Assembly (NCBI GenBank): GCA_002633005.1
Contig: NMRA01000184.1
Span: forward strand, 437,255-501,254
Length of the DNA: 64,000 bases
Direction: 5' to 3'
DNA from: Phoronis australis
Lineage: Eukaryota > Animalia > Phoronida
Positions 1 through 12,790 of the stretch are shown here, piece after piece. The translations under genes were made by a program, and so were the position numbers. Numbering within the stretch: position 1 is the stretch's first letter; each line of letters begins with the position of its first letter. The notes beneath the pieces are model-generated. The model made no database searches. It saw only the letters and a list, made by a program, of their open reading frames with translations, and had not been told where the DNA came from.

Positions 1-3000
1 GTGCAGAGCCCCATACAACCAAGGTGAACCCAATGGACAAGCGCCAATGGCAGAGAGTACGATGGAGCGTGGGAAACTGGCATCCAGTTGTAACTGTTGG
101 CATTTTTACTCTACAGTAAAGATGGTGAACAGGTGAGAGCTATTAGAGGTCGGTTGAGGATGACTACCATCGACTGGATGAATAATTCAGTTGTTGGGCT
201 TGTAAACACTCAACTGCACCTCAACAGACCAGAAGATGGTCTTTACAAACTAATTTACCATACAGGAAGGCATGAAGTACCAATACTTTGCCATCTTAAA
301 AGTTTTATACCAAAGCTACAACCAGGCAATGTTTTGAAAAACTGTGGGCACTAACAACAATCTTAGATGCTTCCGAAAAATAAAAACAGGCAATTTTTGC
401 AATTCTTTATGTTTGAAATTGGTCCATGTGACGGGCTGCATCGCTACTAGTTGAACCGCAACTAGAATATGAAACAATACATTGCCAAAAATGTTGAGTG
501 CTAAAAGATTAGACCGGCTATTTTATCAAAAACAAACAAATAATGGCATGTTATGTGTTTGCACTAGATTGGTGGTTAAAAACATCAGACGGAATGGTTA
601 ACATTATTGGCTGTCATAAAACAGAAGAAACATAAAAGAACTCGTAAAATGTCGAAGGCAATGTTGACAATGCCCACGCTGGGGTGTGTGTATGGAACTG
701 CCAAAAAAGGGGCACTATCCACTGGAAATGTATTTTCCTGCAAGACAGTAAAACCATGTGTTCTGACTAAATAATCACACAATAGTACTTTTAAAGTACA
801 GCTCAACACGCGACATTTCTGTTGGGCACAGATTTTTTATGATGGCTAAATTCTCCTTCACAACTACTCTATAATAGTTATCACCCTATTTAAGCAATGG
901 CACTAATTTCAGAAATGGGGCATTTGACTTGAAATCGGCAAATACTTGAGCGATTCACTTTTTCCACAGGAAACGATGAGAAGAACTCTCTGCAGCTCCC
1001 AAAGCTCTCGTACATCAAAGACCGTTGGCCAATCTCACCACTTTGGTTGTGTTTGGTAAAACCACTTAAGCTTGGCATACCCAGCATCATCTGCCTTTGA
1101 TACCACTTAATGTACTCAACACATTATTGGAAAACATGAAAGATGGGAAAATCTTAGGATCAGATCAAACTATCAGCACACTATTGAGCTATGTGTCCAC
1201 ACTAGTTCTACATAAAAACAGATTACGCTAAAATCTTACCATTTTCAGACAAAAATAAAAGGCAAATTTACTTTTTACATTTTTCAAAAGCTTCTAACAC
1301 TGTTGTGAATGCCTTTCGATTTACAAAATAATGTCTGGTGGAAGCTGGCGTACAGAATTTAAACACGGACAAGCATTGATTTGGTGTGGTATATTTTCTT
1401 TGAGAAAACAAAATGAAATTTCACTAGTCCGCTATATTGTTTCCTAAATTGGCGAGATGTTAACCATACTATTTTGCCAAGACAAAAACTGGCAGTAAAA
1501 AGCGTTCATTTATTCGGTATTGCCATGTGTTCACAACTATTTTATACAGAACTATGTAAATGCATAGGCTACTGGCAAGGTTCAGCTTTTTGAAAGCAAA
1601 ATCCATATCAGACTGGACCTCAAATACTGCAGCCCAACAAAATTATAACAAAGAATATCTGGTGAACAGCACTTTTTCCCATGTGAAATTTAGTGGAAGT
1701 AATCCGGCTCTTTTTCCGCTAAAATTTCAAATGGAAAAATATTTGCATTGGGACAAGATTTATCTGGTATTCTGAATTCCCCAAATTTGCCTGGACTAGT
1801 ACCTAAAATTTTATACACGAGTTACCGTTTGTTTAATCAATGTAGTATAGCGCCAAAGCATGCCAAAAAGGAGCGACAAAAATATCGATATTCCAGCACT
1901 ATTGTTATGCCTTGCAACAATAAGGAAATCGCCACACATCCTCGTGTCCTTTCCTAGTTTATTCTAAGAAAATTAATTAATTGTCGTTTTATTAAGCCCA
2001 CCAATGCAATCAGACTGGGTGAAGCCAGAAGCTAATACAATCATGCCATCCCAGGGGGCATATTAGAGTAAATTTGGCCATAATGAAAATGTAATTACCC
2101 TACAGAAATCTCTGCCCAGTAAACCCAAATGAGAAATGACTGGCTAAATTGTCATGGCATTTGCAGTTGTTTTTAAGCGTTCAAAGTGAACAGGTCAAAT
2201 TGTGAAAACACAGGCTTGGAATTTTAATACGGAAATGTTCCGTCAATAGTCATTAGATGGAATAAGAAATACGTTCTTCTTTTGAATATGTTGAATATCA
2301 ATAAGTTGAAAAGTGGGCAGAGTATGGAGGCAGAAACAAAATGATGACCCACTTTTGTAATTTCAGGTACCACACTTCTTTAGCTAAAAAGGTCTCGAAT
2401 CTTTTACAAGAGTTTCATGTCACTGCAAACTATTAGGGGCCACCACATGCCATCTGCACCAGGCTGTTTTATCAATGACTGATCACCAGACCTCATCACA
2501 ACTCCAGAATTGTCACCAATGAAATGCAAAAGCCACTTCAACTAGAACAAAAAGTCACCAGACTAAAACACATTTTTAAATGGGTTCAGTAGATTCCCCA
2601 GTCATGCAGAGCAGATTGATTTATTACACAGTCAGTGATAACTACATGGGACACCTGTCCACCAATGCCAATGTTTGACAAGAAGAGAACAGCACTCTCT
2701 CTCTGGCATTCCACAACATGGGTGTCATTGTCAACATTCACACAGCCAGCAAGTGTCAAGCTACTGTGACGCCACCTAGGGACTGAAGTGGGAGATAAAC
2801 AAGTCCCTGAAACACACATGCGTTCTCGCTTAAATTAAACATATCACTGTACACCCTTGAATACCCTCAAGTAAGTTTGGAATTTTTGAAGTTAAAATGT
2901 TCATGAAATTAGGTCCAGGTATATTTCAAGGTGTCCCAAGTGTATCAAAACATAGACTGGCTGATAATAGCAGTAAAAGTTCTATGAAAACCAACAGAAA

Positions 3001-6000
3001 AACAGGATGTCCGTTGAGCCAAACGCAGTTTGTGAAGTGAGAAATGAGGCCAATCAATAGATTCACTCTGTGCTGAGCCATCAAGCAAAATAGACCTTGT
3101 TTTGTCAGTAGACATCATTTCCGGTGACTAGATTCAGATTTCATACAGTACTCCCAGGTGAATGCGTTTCCACGGAAACGACAGAGCACCTGTGGGTATC
3201 TGATTGGACATGAAAGGAAATTGACGAGTCAAGACTCCAAGAGACAAAAAAGCTTTGAAAAGCCGTGAATAGGTGAGTGTGGCTGTGGCCAGCCATCTTT
3301 GTTTGCTGTTTGTTGAGCAAACACGCCACGAGATTGGAAATTTAATTACAAAAACAATGACACGTGGAAAGACAATAACATGTGAACTGACCAGAATGGC
3401 CAAATTCAATTTCTTTTCCTGAATATTCCGACTTTTTAAAGAAGACTGAATCCCCTGAGAAAAATTTTTTACCAGCAAATACAAAAAGAGACAAGCATAA
3501 TACAAACAATTAAGAAGAAAGGAAATATACCCAATTGTTTTACTTTACTGAATACTTTTGTTGCAACTTAAAAAGAGGATAGAATATTAGGAAGTGTAAA
3601 TAGTTAATTCAAATCTTTCTAACTTTGTCACAGCACACAAAACCTGTGAAAGCTTTAATCATGAACCCAAGCACTTCCAATCAGCTGGTTTGATTAATAC
3701 TAGACCTGGCTCAGTGAATCATACATCGGTTTCATTCCCAAGACATATTATAATGAAAAAGTAAATGATTGGCAAAGTAAAAAACTAATAACACCAATTG
3801 CCGCTGCCCTCGCAGAGATTTCCTACGGTCATTTTCATTTATTAACCGTTAGTAATTAAATACCCAACTACAAAAAATAACCGATTTCAGACATTGAAAT
3901 TTTTAGTATTTTCAGAAAAAAGTCAAGTTACGATTTTGAAGGAAACGAGAATGTTGCACATCAATAATTTTTTGACAATGTTTTCAAAAAAGTAAATTTC
4001 CGACATGAAACAAAGTGTGCCAAACTGACAGTCTACAGACCACTTAATAGTACACATCAGGGATTTTCAAATCAATAATACCCGAACAAAGCATCCGCTT
4101 TTTGACACAACTTATTACAATGGAATTCAGGCTTGAATGTTCAAATTTGAATCCATTCACAAAGCTGCCAATTCTAGTATAAATGAGCAAACATTTCTGT
4201 TGAATTGTTTCAATATTGATTATGGCAGAAACACTTCTTTTCAAATTCTACAATATTGTGTTAAAGTCAAGCTGGGAGTCCCAACAACAGGGGTCCTAAG
4301 AAGTAGGTCACACGAGTTCAACAAAGCAAATTATCTTATTTGCGCAACAATTTTTCGTGGAATTGTATTGAATAGCAATAGTTTCCCAAACTTCTGCTTG
4401 TCATGCATGAATCGAGGCAATTACTTCAAAATAGGGCACATTATGACAGAAAACAAGACTTCACTTAACAAATTTTTCCAATGAAAAACATTAAGAACAA
4501 GTAACAAAGACTTGAATTATTGTTAGCATTAGTCTTGTAATGTGCAGTTGGCAAAAAAAAAACCTTTAGCAAACTTTGAAAAACTCTCACAGCACCGTAG
4601 TAAGTCATTGAAATATGAAACAACGGTATTTTAGCACTTATTTTTACGCCAATATCTTTGTAGTAATTGCCACTAAAAGCACTGAATTGCGTAGATTCAT
4701 TGATACTGACTCACTGTAGATACCATCCAATGGATCATCTCTGAGGATTACCAAGGATTATGACACCAGTGATCAATGTGGTTATCTCCATCAATAGCCA
4801 ACAGAGCTGAGAAACAAATTGCAGTACTTTGTACCAGAGATCAGACTTTATTTAATCCCTATCAAGTGAGTGGTTTACCAAGAAAAACTGGACAAAAAGT
4901 ATAGAAAGCATATAGTTACGTACCCTCCTTTTCAAAGAAGTGAAAGTGAGGCACAAGACCGTGTTCAGTTACCACAGGTCTGGCGACAACTAATTGCTGC
5001 AAGACACACACTTCAATTCAATTTCTTTTAAATCAGTTCATATTGATATGACCCCGAGTCAATAATAGACAGTTTACGTGGAAACAGCCAGACATTATTG
5101 ATTTCAATCCCAAAAAGTATGCACTGAAATCTCACCATTTCTGAAAAAAATAATTGCCAAAATCGACCTTTACTGATTATTCATACTAAAAATGCTCAGA
5201 CATTTGTTCATAGTTTTAGTTGTCCAGTGTAGTCCAATATTACTTGCCTATTGCGATGGTCTATTGCATTAAGTTAAAAAATGTGATGGAAAATTGTTTT
5301 ATCATAAAAGCAAATTGCATCTTCTATGAATACTGTAAAATCTTCAGACGTAGAACTGCAGATTCTAGGAAACACCCTTACTGCTGACAAAATAATGTAA
5401 GAGGTTGATTTGATGTTAACACAGACCAACTGGGTAACTGTGTACGACAACCATGTATAGTGGCCAAACTATTCCTATCCAAGGTGAATATGGCATGTCC
5501 CTAGGTAGGCCAGGTGTACTTGGGTTGTCTGGGTCCACACAAAAACACCAATAGTCCTGGTCAACCTGTCAATCACCACCTACTGGCCATTTGGTGATGG
5601 AAAACTGTCAGATGGAGTCATTCACTGGGACCAGTCTGACAGGATAACTGTTAATTGCAGGTCTTCTCCAATCAATAAATATCATTCAAACTTCATTACT
5701 AAACATGCCTAAAGATAGCTGAAAATCAAAAAGTCACATTTCATTTTCTTGAAAAACAAAAAAAGCTTCGATACCTGGCAGTTGGTAAGACATTTCAAAG
5801 TTTTTGTTAATAACCACAAAACTAGCTTTAATATCTCGCCAAATAATGGTCACATCAACAGATCTTCTAGTTTACAAGACAAAACTACTGACCCAGGTGA
5901 TAATTTCAGTTAGATAAGGTAAAATTAAAACTATAAATTTTCAAACTTGAAACTGAAAATGTATGAAACTGCACAGTATTAGATGAATTATACAGCCAAG

Positions 6001-6814
6001 TCCGACCTTATTGAACCACAAAATGACAAAGGTAGGAGTACTTTTCACGACTTTCTGAAAACAGTGGTACCTGTAGTCATTAGTCCAGGTAAAAGGAAAC
6101 CACACATCTCAGACAAAATTCATCCCACAGGGACAACCCGCTCATTTGTCTAGGAAACACAATAACTTAATGAGATTTTAATCATGGGTCTAATTGGGAC
6201 CAATTTGTAAACTGTCCTCAGTCCATAGGGATTGGTGATACTGACCGTTATTAATGGTTGGTCAAAGAGGAAGGTGTCGTCACCTGCTGGTTTGACAGGT
6301 GAAAAGACTGTCCTCTTAGGCTCAATTAGGGTGGTGGTTATTGAGTATCACTAATGACTGTGAGTGCAAAAGAATGGATAAGGAGCAATACTCTATGCAG
6401 ATAATCGCGAACATGAAATACATGATAACAGGTTCTTCCATATACTGCAGAAAAATGGCACGATTAATGGAAAAATTTGCTTAATTTAGCCAACAACGTT
6501 GGCGCCTGATCGTTTGACTTCAAACGCGTTTATCTATGTATGGTTTTCGGTACACCTGTTCTGAAGTTTGGCCCATTCCTCTGTTACCAGCCGACCAATT
6601 TCCAAATTTTTTGTTAATCAGTCAACAGAAGCTAAACAATCGTATGCCAGGAACTTTCATTTAAAAATTGTTCGATTTACTTATCAACCTGAAAGTAGAA
6701 GAAACTATATAAAACACAAATCTTTAGGCCTCAAACATGACTCAAGATTTACAAAGATGGCTCAGACCTTTTGAAGATCGAATACATGTTGGGAAAAATG
6801 CTTTTTGCATTCAT

Positions 6815-6838
6815 GGGGGGGGGNGGGGGGGGGGGGGC
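6815..6838. repeat. Poly-G tract containing an N
   Basis: Homopolymer run with an ambiguous base; length uncertain. Confidence 0.8.
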
Positions 6839-8596
6839 TAAATCTCCCTACTATGAAAACCAGTGGAAGATACTTAAAACAGTGGTCAGTGGCCCTATCG
6901 ACCTTATTCTAGGACAGATGTCACAAATTAAGTGATGGGATCAATGAAATTTAACAGTAATTGGATATAAACCCCATGTACACACACTTGATTAACTGGC
7001 AAATGTGACTAACGAATGATTAAAACTTTGTCTTATGTCATGGTGAATCAAGTCTGAAAAGGGGTGAATTGGATGGTAAATTTAGTTATGAGTTCTGTCT
7101 GACTGAATAAATAAAGATACATAGCCAGTTGTATTTCAAAAGCTGTTATGAAAGTGTACGGAAAATAGAGTGTACAATGAACTATTGACGAAATTTATTC
7201 CCATTTAAAATTTTCATATTCTTTTTAAAAAACTTAAAATTTCATGTCAAACAAGTGCATCCATCAAATAACTTGAGAAATAATAAGCAGAGTAACACGA
7301 AATGAAAATTCACTGGACACAAGCGAATGACGCAGTGAGATTCTACCTCTCTGTTTCTTCGCAACAAAATTATGAATAACTCAAACAAGCTGGTCTCAAA
7401 ATTTTCCTTGCTTTCACAAAACAAATTGACTTGCCACAGACATAAAGCAATCCAGTTAAAACTGACGGTTATTTGCCAGCCTCTTCAAGAAATGATTTGT
7501 TTGGGCACTGAAATCATCTTCTATCATAGAAAGCAGTTTCAGTCTGTTAGTGCGATTCTTTTTTGAGAAATTCTTCTAGAATGATTTAGCTAATAATTCT
7601 TCAGTTTTTGCATTAATGCGATAAACTTTCCAGATTACGGAAATATTCTGGAAAAAATTCTGTAAAAAAGACTCACGTGAACGGGACTTTTGTGTGGTTG
7701 ACTAACCTAGTGTATGGTTTGTGTTTTCTGAAGTGCCTGAGTTCTGTAGAAACTGTCATTTTAAAGCTCAAACACACTTATGACCAAAACAAACATTGTA
7801 AAAATAAATCACTACAAGAAAAACAAAGTTTAAGTTTTGTGACAAAGTTGCACTTTCAAAATGTCAAAGTGTTCACAAATATTTACTAAATCATGACCAT
7901 GGAATCAAAATTTTACTGACATTTAAACAGGAAACAGGGAAGCAATCCAGCCGATTCAATAAAGTGTACACACAGCTGGAAAACATCTAAATGAACACAA
8001 CCTTTTGCATGTTTACGATCTCAAAACTTTAGACATTAGACTGTATCATTAAAGACTGGCTAAATGCATTATCTTGTCAAAAAAGCATGAAACCTGGCAA
8101 CCAGCCACAGGGACTAAATCAAATGAATTGATAAAACATCTAGCTCAGCCATATGGAGGTTCATGAGAATTTTATTGGGGCACTATATTACCCATTAATC
8201 AACTTTATTACTATAGTCACCATGTGATCAGCAAGCACTCCACAATAAACCCTCCACTTCAAAAGCTTAAGCTCACTTGACAAGTCTTTTGCCTAAATGT
8301 TATTCTTTTCGACTTCATAGTTGCAACTGGCTGATAGTGTACAAAAGAGAGAAGACTTAACTAGTGACTGCAATATTTTAATATCACTCTAAATACATAA
8401 GTTAAAACTTTGATCTTAAAATTAATAAAATATCGTGTAATGTGCCACTCTTGAGTCAAAAGTAGTATGTGGCAATTCTTACAACTTATTTAGCACCAAA
8501 ATAAAGCAAAACTACTATCTTATTTCATTAACTGTTTCAACAAAAATATACTTCATTAAGCAAGAACTCATGAACTAGTGTCAACAAATAAATATA

Positions 8597-9988
8597 CTGT
8601 ATTCGCCGTAATAACCGCCCATGCCGCTATAAGCGCCCCCCCACGCGTTTTCAGACTTTGCTGAAATAAGCGCCCAGTCCATGAACGTGTACATGCGAAC
8701 AATGACGTACCTACAGTCCTAAAACTCGGCTACAGTAACGTCTTCAATTTATCAAAAAATTTTTGCACGGGTCTTCTAGACCACCAGCGGCACTGCTACG
8801 TTTGTATTTAGCCGTGACAAAGTAACGCAGCGCTTCAAAAAGAACGCAACAGCGTTGCTACGCTCTCGCGACGACCGTGTCCCATGGTCTGACCTTTCAG
8901 TAGACACATGACTGTCTCATGAACAAAAATAACTCGGTGTTAAACGCACGTGGCCAGGAAGCGCGCGCTACATAACCTGTCATCAAAGACATTAGTTGGG
9001 AACTATCCATTCATGAAGCGGGTAGCATAGCATCGATAAGAAATGAATATTGGAACTAATTTCCGACAATTTCTAATACTATCAACATGTTTGCGTTATT
9101 TTTGAGATGGATAGTTTGATTAACCGTAATTGGTGTTATTAAGCCGAATATCCGATAAAATGACAACCGACAGTGAATGCTTACACACCCTTACACCGAA
9201 AAATAATTGTCAGATAGTTACGTACGCATCCAGCTACACGGCGACTAATATGGGCCTTGCCGAGACAAATGTCGAAAGTTTTTAGCACGAGACCAGCAAG
9301 TGCTGAATGAAACACGCTCTGGTTTAGGTCTACTGCTTGTGCAAATTTCTTTAGACACATCTAGCTAGTTAGATTGCGTGGCTCTGGCCGAAAGACAGTC
9401 TCTGCTTTAGCAAATGAACTCTGGTGACACGCACGCGCTCGCTTACTCGCAGACGAACTTCAAAACAAACGTCACGTGACAACAACTTGTGTGTTCTGCC
9501 AGACATTTTTCTCGCCGTGTTGCCGATCATACATGTATATGTAGATGGCACGATGTTGCACAGATTTATACTTAAACCTGTCGTTAATCCAGACTCCACG
9601 GGAACTTAAAAACCTTAGAGACGCTACTTATAAAATTTAATGAGGATTTCAGGTACTTTATCGAAACCTTTTTTATTCAAGCATTGAAGTCGCCATATCG
9701 AAGACGGCGATTTCGAAGCAGTCAGTTGGCGAGTTTTCGCCCTGGGATTTCAGCACAATTTTCTGTAAAATGATCGTAATTTAGCAGCAAAGTTTGATAG
9801 CAATGCACCACAGTTTTATTGAAAGTCTTTCATAGATTACATGCGTCACAGAGCGTAAATTTGATGAATCTTAGCTTCCGATTTCACCCGTTTCGGAGAC
9901 CGGGTTTCAACCGCCTTGGGTTATAATAAGCGCCCCCCCTAAACCGAACTTTTCTAAGCGCCCTGGGCGGTTATTACGGCGAATACGG
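8597..9988. mobile_element. Non-autonomous Tc1/mariner(pogo)-type DNA transposon, 1392 bp
   Basis: About 25-bp TIRs C(T/C)GTATTCGCCGTAATAACCGCCCA with one mismatch; TA on both sides (8595-8596, 9989-9990); subterminal TAAGCGCCC motifs at both ends; CpG-rich relative to flanks; no transposase ORF. Confidence 0.85.
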
Positions 9989-10365
9989 TATTTTTAATTC
10001 ATATTCCAAAGTTGCCTTTGCGAATGTAGGAATATAATACTTTTGGTAAATCAAACTTATGCAAAATATCTTTAGAATTTGTATTCCAAATAAAATATGC
10101 AAAATCTTAATATATTGACATCTGCAAATACAAACAAAAGCAAAACAGTAACTAAATAAAATTTTCAAACTGATGGAATTAACATTTCTTCTTTGTTGGT
10201 AGTTTCTTTTATGGGGGCCTATTCAACATAACCTAATGTTACTCAGTAATATCATATTTGACCATAGACAGCAGTTTGCTCCTGGAGCCATATTGTACAG
10301 AGAAGGGAATGACTCTCCATCCTGACATGATCTCGTCTGATGTATCTGTCAACAGTCAACAGTAT

Positions 10366-11760
10366 CACGGGTGAGAAACAACATGACCGACTCACCCAAA
10401 CAGGACTGACGCACCTAAAAACATGACCGTCCCACCACAAAACAGGACTGACGCACCTAAAAACATGACCGCCCCACCACAAAACAGGACCGCCGGGGAC
10501 TGAGTAGTTAAGGCCTTTGTGTGATACTGCGGGTTATGACGTAACCGGTCAGATAGCTGTGTAAAGACTATCGCCAAAATAAAGCTTGACAGCCTTGCGT
10601 TATTGAGCTCCGTTACATCCCCGACATTGCCCACAGCCCGGGTAGTTCTGCTCGTCACCTCGTCGTGGAACTTACATCAACATGTAGTAGAGCGCGCGAC
10701 CGATGCAGGCGCATGCAAAATCTAGGCGTCAACCAACACTCACCTTGCAGTTTGCAACCGCTTGAGTGAAAAACAATCTAATGAACTGTTGTAATAATAA
10801 GTGACATGTGCACGCGCCATTTCCTCAGAAAAATTTTGAGACATCTTTCGAAAGATGATGACTTGGCGGCAACAAGGTTTGTTATGAAATTCGGTTTGCT
10901 GGTATTAAAGTACTGAAAACTTATAACGAAATGAAACCAGTTTCGATAATTTGTTGTGCCAGGTACGCAACCTTGTAGAAGGACAGTTGACTGAAGAATC
11001 GGGGGAAAAGGAACCGGCCAATGTAAGCCGACTTAAGAGAACGCAGAATAACGACAGAACGACAATTTCTCTCGAGCGCCGATGAAATAATTTAGTTTAC
11101 TCAAGGAAGAGTGTCGTTAAAAAAAATTCGCCGGGTAAAGATTTTACATGTTCAGTTTTTTACCCACATCGGCGCAAAGCTGTACATTTAATGTACAGCT
11201 TTGCCGCACAAAGGCAGCTAGTATGATGATGCTTCACCCGAGAACCAGAACGTCCGTTTTTTTACTTGACTAACTTTAAACGTCAAATTGGAGAAAATGA
11301 TTTTCATTTTGTTCTAAAACTTATGCAGTGGATAAAATTATAATTATTTAGCTCAAAAGCGTACAACGAGGTTGTTTTGTGTTAGATTTATTAAATGTTG
11401 ACCTTTCAACTGTTTATAAGTCACATACCGCAGCCGGGAGCCTGGTGATGAGTAAAACTCAAAAGCGCCGCGTATTACAAAGCGAAGTGTCCTTTGTTGC
11501 TCACAAAAGATTTCGGTGGATTAATCGGCACAAGACCTGCATATGCATACGTATATAGCCCCATTGTATGATCTGTGTAGGCCTAACGGTAATAAATCTT
11601 AGCCTGTTAGTTATTGCGGTTTTAGTCCCCGGCGGTCCTGTTTTGTGGTGGGGCGGTCATGTTTTTGGGTGCGTCAGTCCCATTTTCTGTTGCGGCGGTC
11701 CCATTTGATCCCCGGAGGTCCTGTTTAGAGGACCGGCGGTCATGTTGTTTCTCACCCGTG
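10366..11760. mobile_element. Non-autonomous CAC...GTG DNA transposon with 5-bp TSD (Transib-like), 1395 bp
   Basis: Perfect 24-bp TIR CACGGGTGAGAAACAACATGACCG; TSD AGTAT at 10361-10365 and 11761-11765; 42-bp subterminal tandem units starting 10401, 10443 and 10485 (third partial); 10445-10501 repeated in inverted form at 11624-11680. Confidence 0.85.
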
Positions 11761-11980
11761 AGTATGCTGGGTCAGAGTTATAACTATGTCTCCACACAAA
11801 TACCACCTTGATTGCAGTCAGTGTGAATAATCTAAAAACCCAAACTAATTTAAAAAGACAAACTTGCACACCTTTTAATTTTTACCAGAATTCAAATTTA
11901 AAATAACCAAGACCTATATCTTTTTTGCCTCATTGCAAAAATGCAAAAACGCCCAAGGAAAGTTTTAAAATGATACATAG

Positions 11981-12017
11981 CATAACATAACATAACATAA
12001 CGTAACATAACATAACA
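11981..12017. repeat. (CATAA)n microsatellite
   Basis: About 7 copies, one a CGTAA variant. Confidence 0.9.
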
Positions 12018-12634
12018 GTCTAACTTAACTGTTAGTCTCATTGTGCCACCTAGTGGTGTGATGTCACAATGTCAAGCGCATTGAACTTGTCTTTGAGATT
12101 ACCAATTATTGTTTTAGAATAATCAAGGGAATTTTAGCCTAAACAATTTAATCCAACTTAAAAGAACTAAAAACAAATAAATTAAAATTTAAATTAAATA
12201 CACAAAGTAACACAACTATTTTAATCTAACTCTGAAATAACATGCCACCGTGATGTCACACAAGGCAGAGTTTACGCATAAGTTAAATAACTAAACAAAA
12301 CCTGATTTTTCTTGACCTATCTATTGTGAAAATGAATAAATTTGTGCGTGCAAGATTCATTTTATATGTGGCATTTGTTAAATACTTAACTTAATTGATA
12401 CTGTATTATTCAAGGCAAAATTTTGCTGGAGACAAGCGGGAAAGAAAACTGAAGACACCAAATGAAATAAATCAAGGCTACATTTCACTACGCTTAGTTG
12501 GCTAGAATAAAAAAGTGAATTAAGCCATGCACACTCATAAATTCGATTCCATAATTATCCTTATTGTGACAGGATTCCATTCACATTACAAACTCCAGAC
12601 ATGGGGCAATAATTTCATGTGCAATTGTCAAAAT

Positions 12635-12790
12635 TGTAATTTTAGGGTTGGACAACCTCAATTGACTCTGAAGTGCAATTTAGGATTGACCAACTGCACT
12701 TTGAGTTTACAGTTTTAGGACTGGCAACTCTCAATGAACTCTGAATCGCAATTTGAGATTTATCTAATCCCTATAAACTCTGAAGCGTTT
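12635..12790. repeat. Degenerate tandem repeat (about 35-40-bp unit)
   Basis: Recurring TTTAGGA/CAACT/ACTCTGAA/GCAATTT motifs. Confidence 0.5.

Noticed and set aside
1-110. Possible further minus-strand exon at the window start
   Set aside because: The phase-1 frame stops immediately; the other frames show no recognisable motif and are truncated by the window edge.
10401-10501. 42-bp direct repeats resembling a CRISPR array
   Set aside because: Units are contiguous with no unique spacers, are mirrored at the other end of a TIR element, and the context is eukaryotic with no cas genes.
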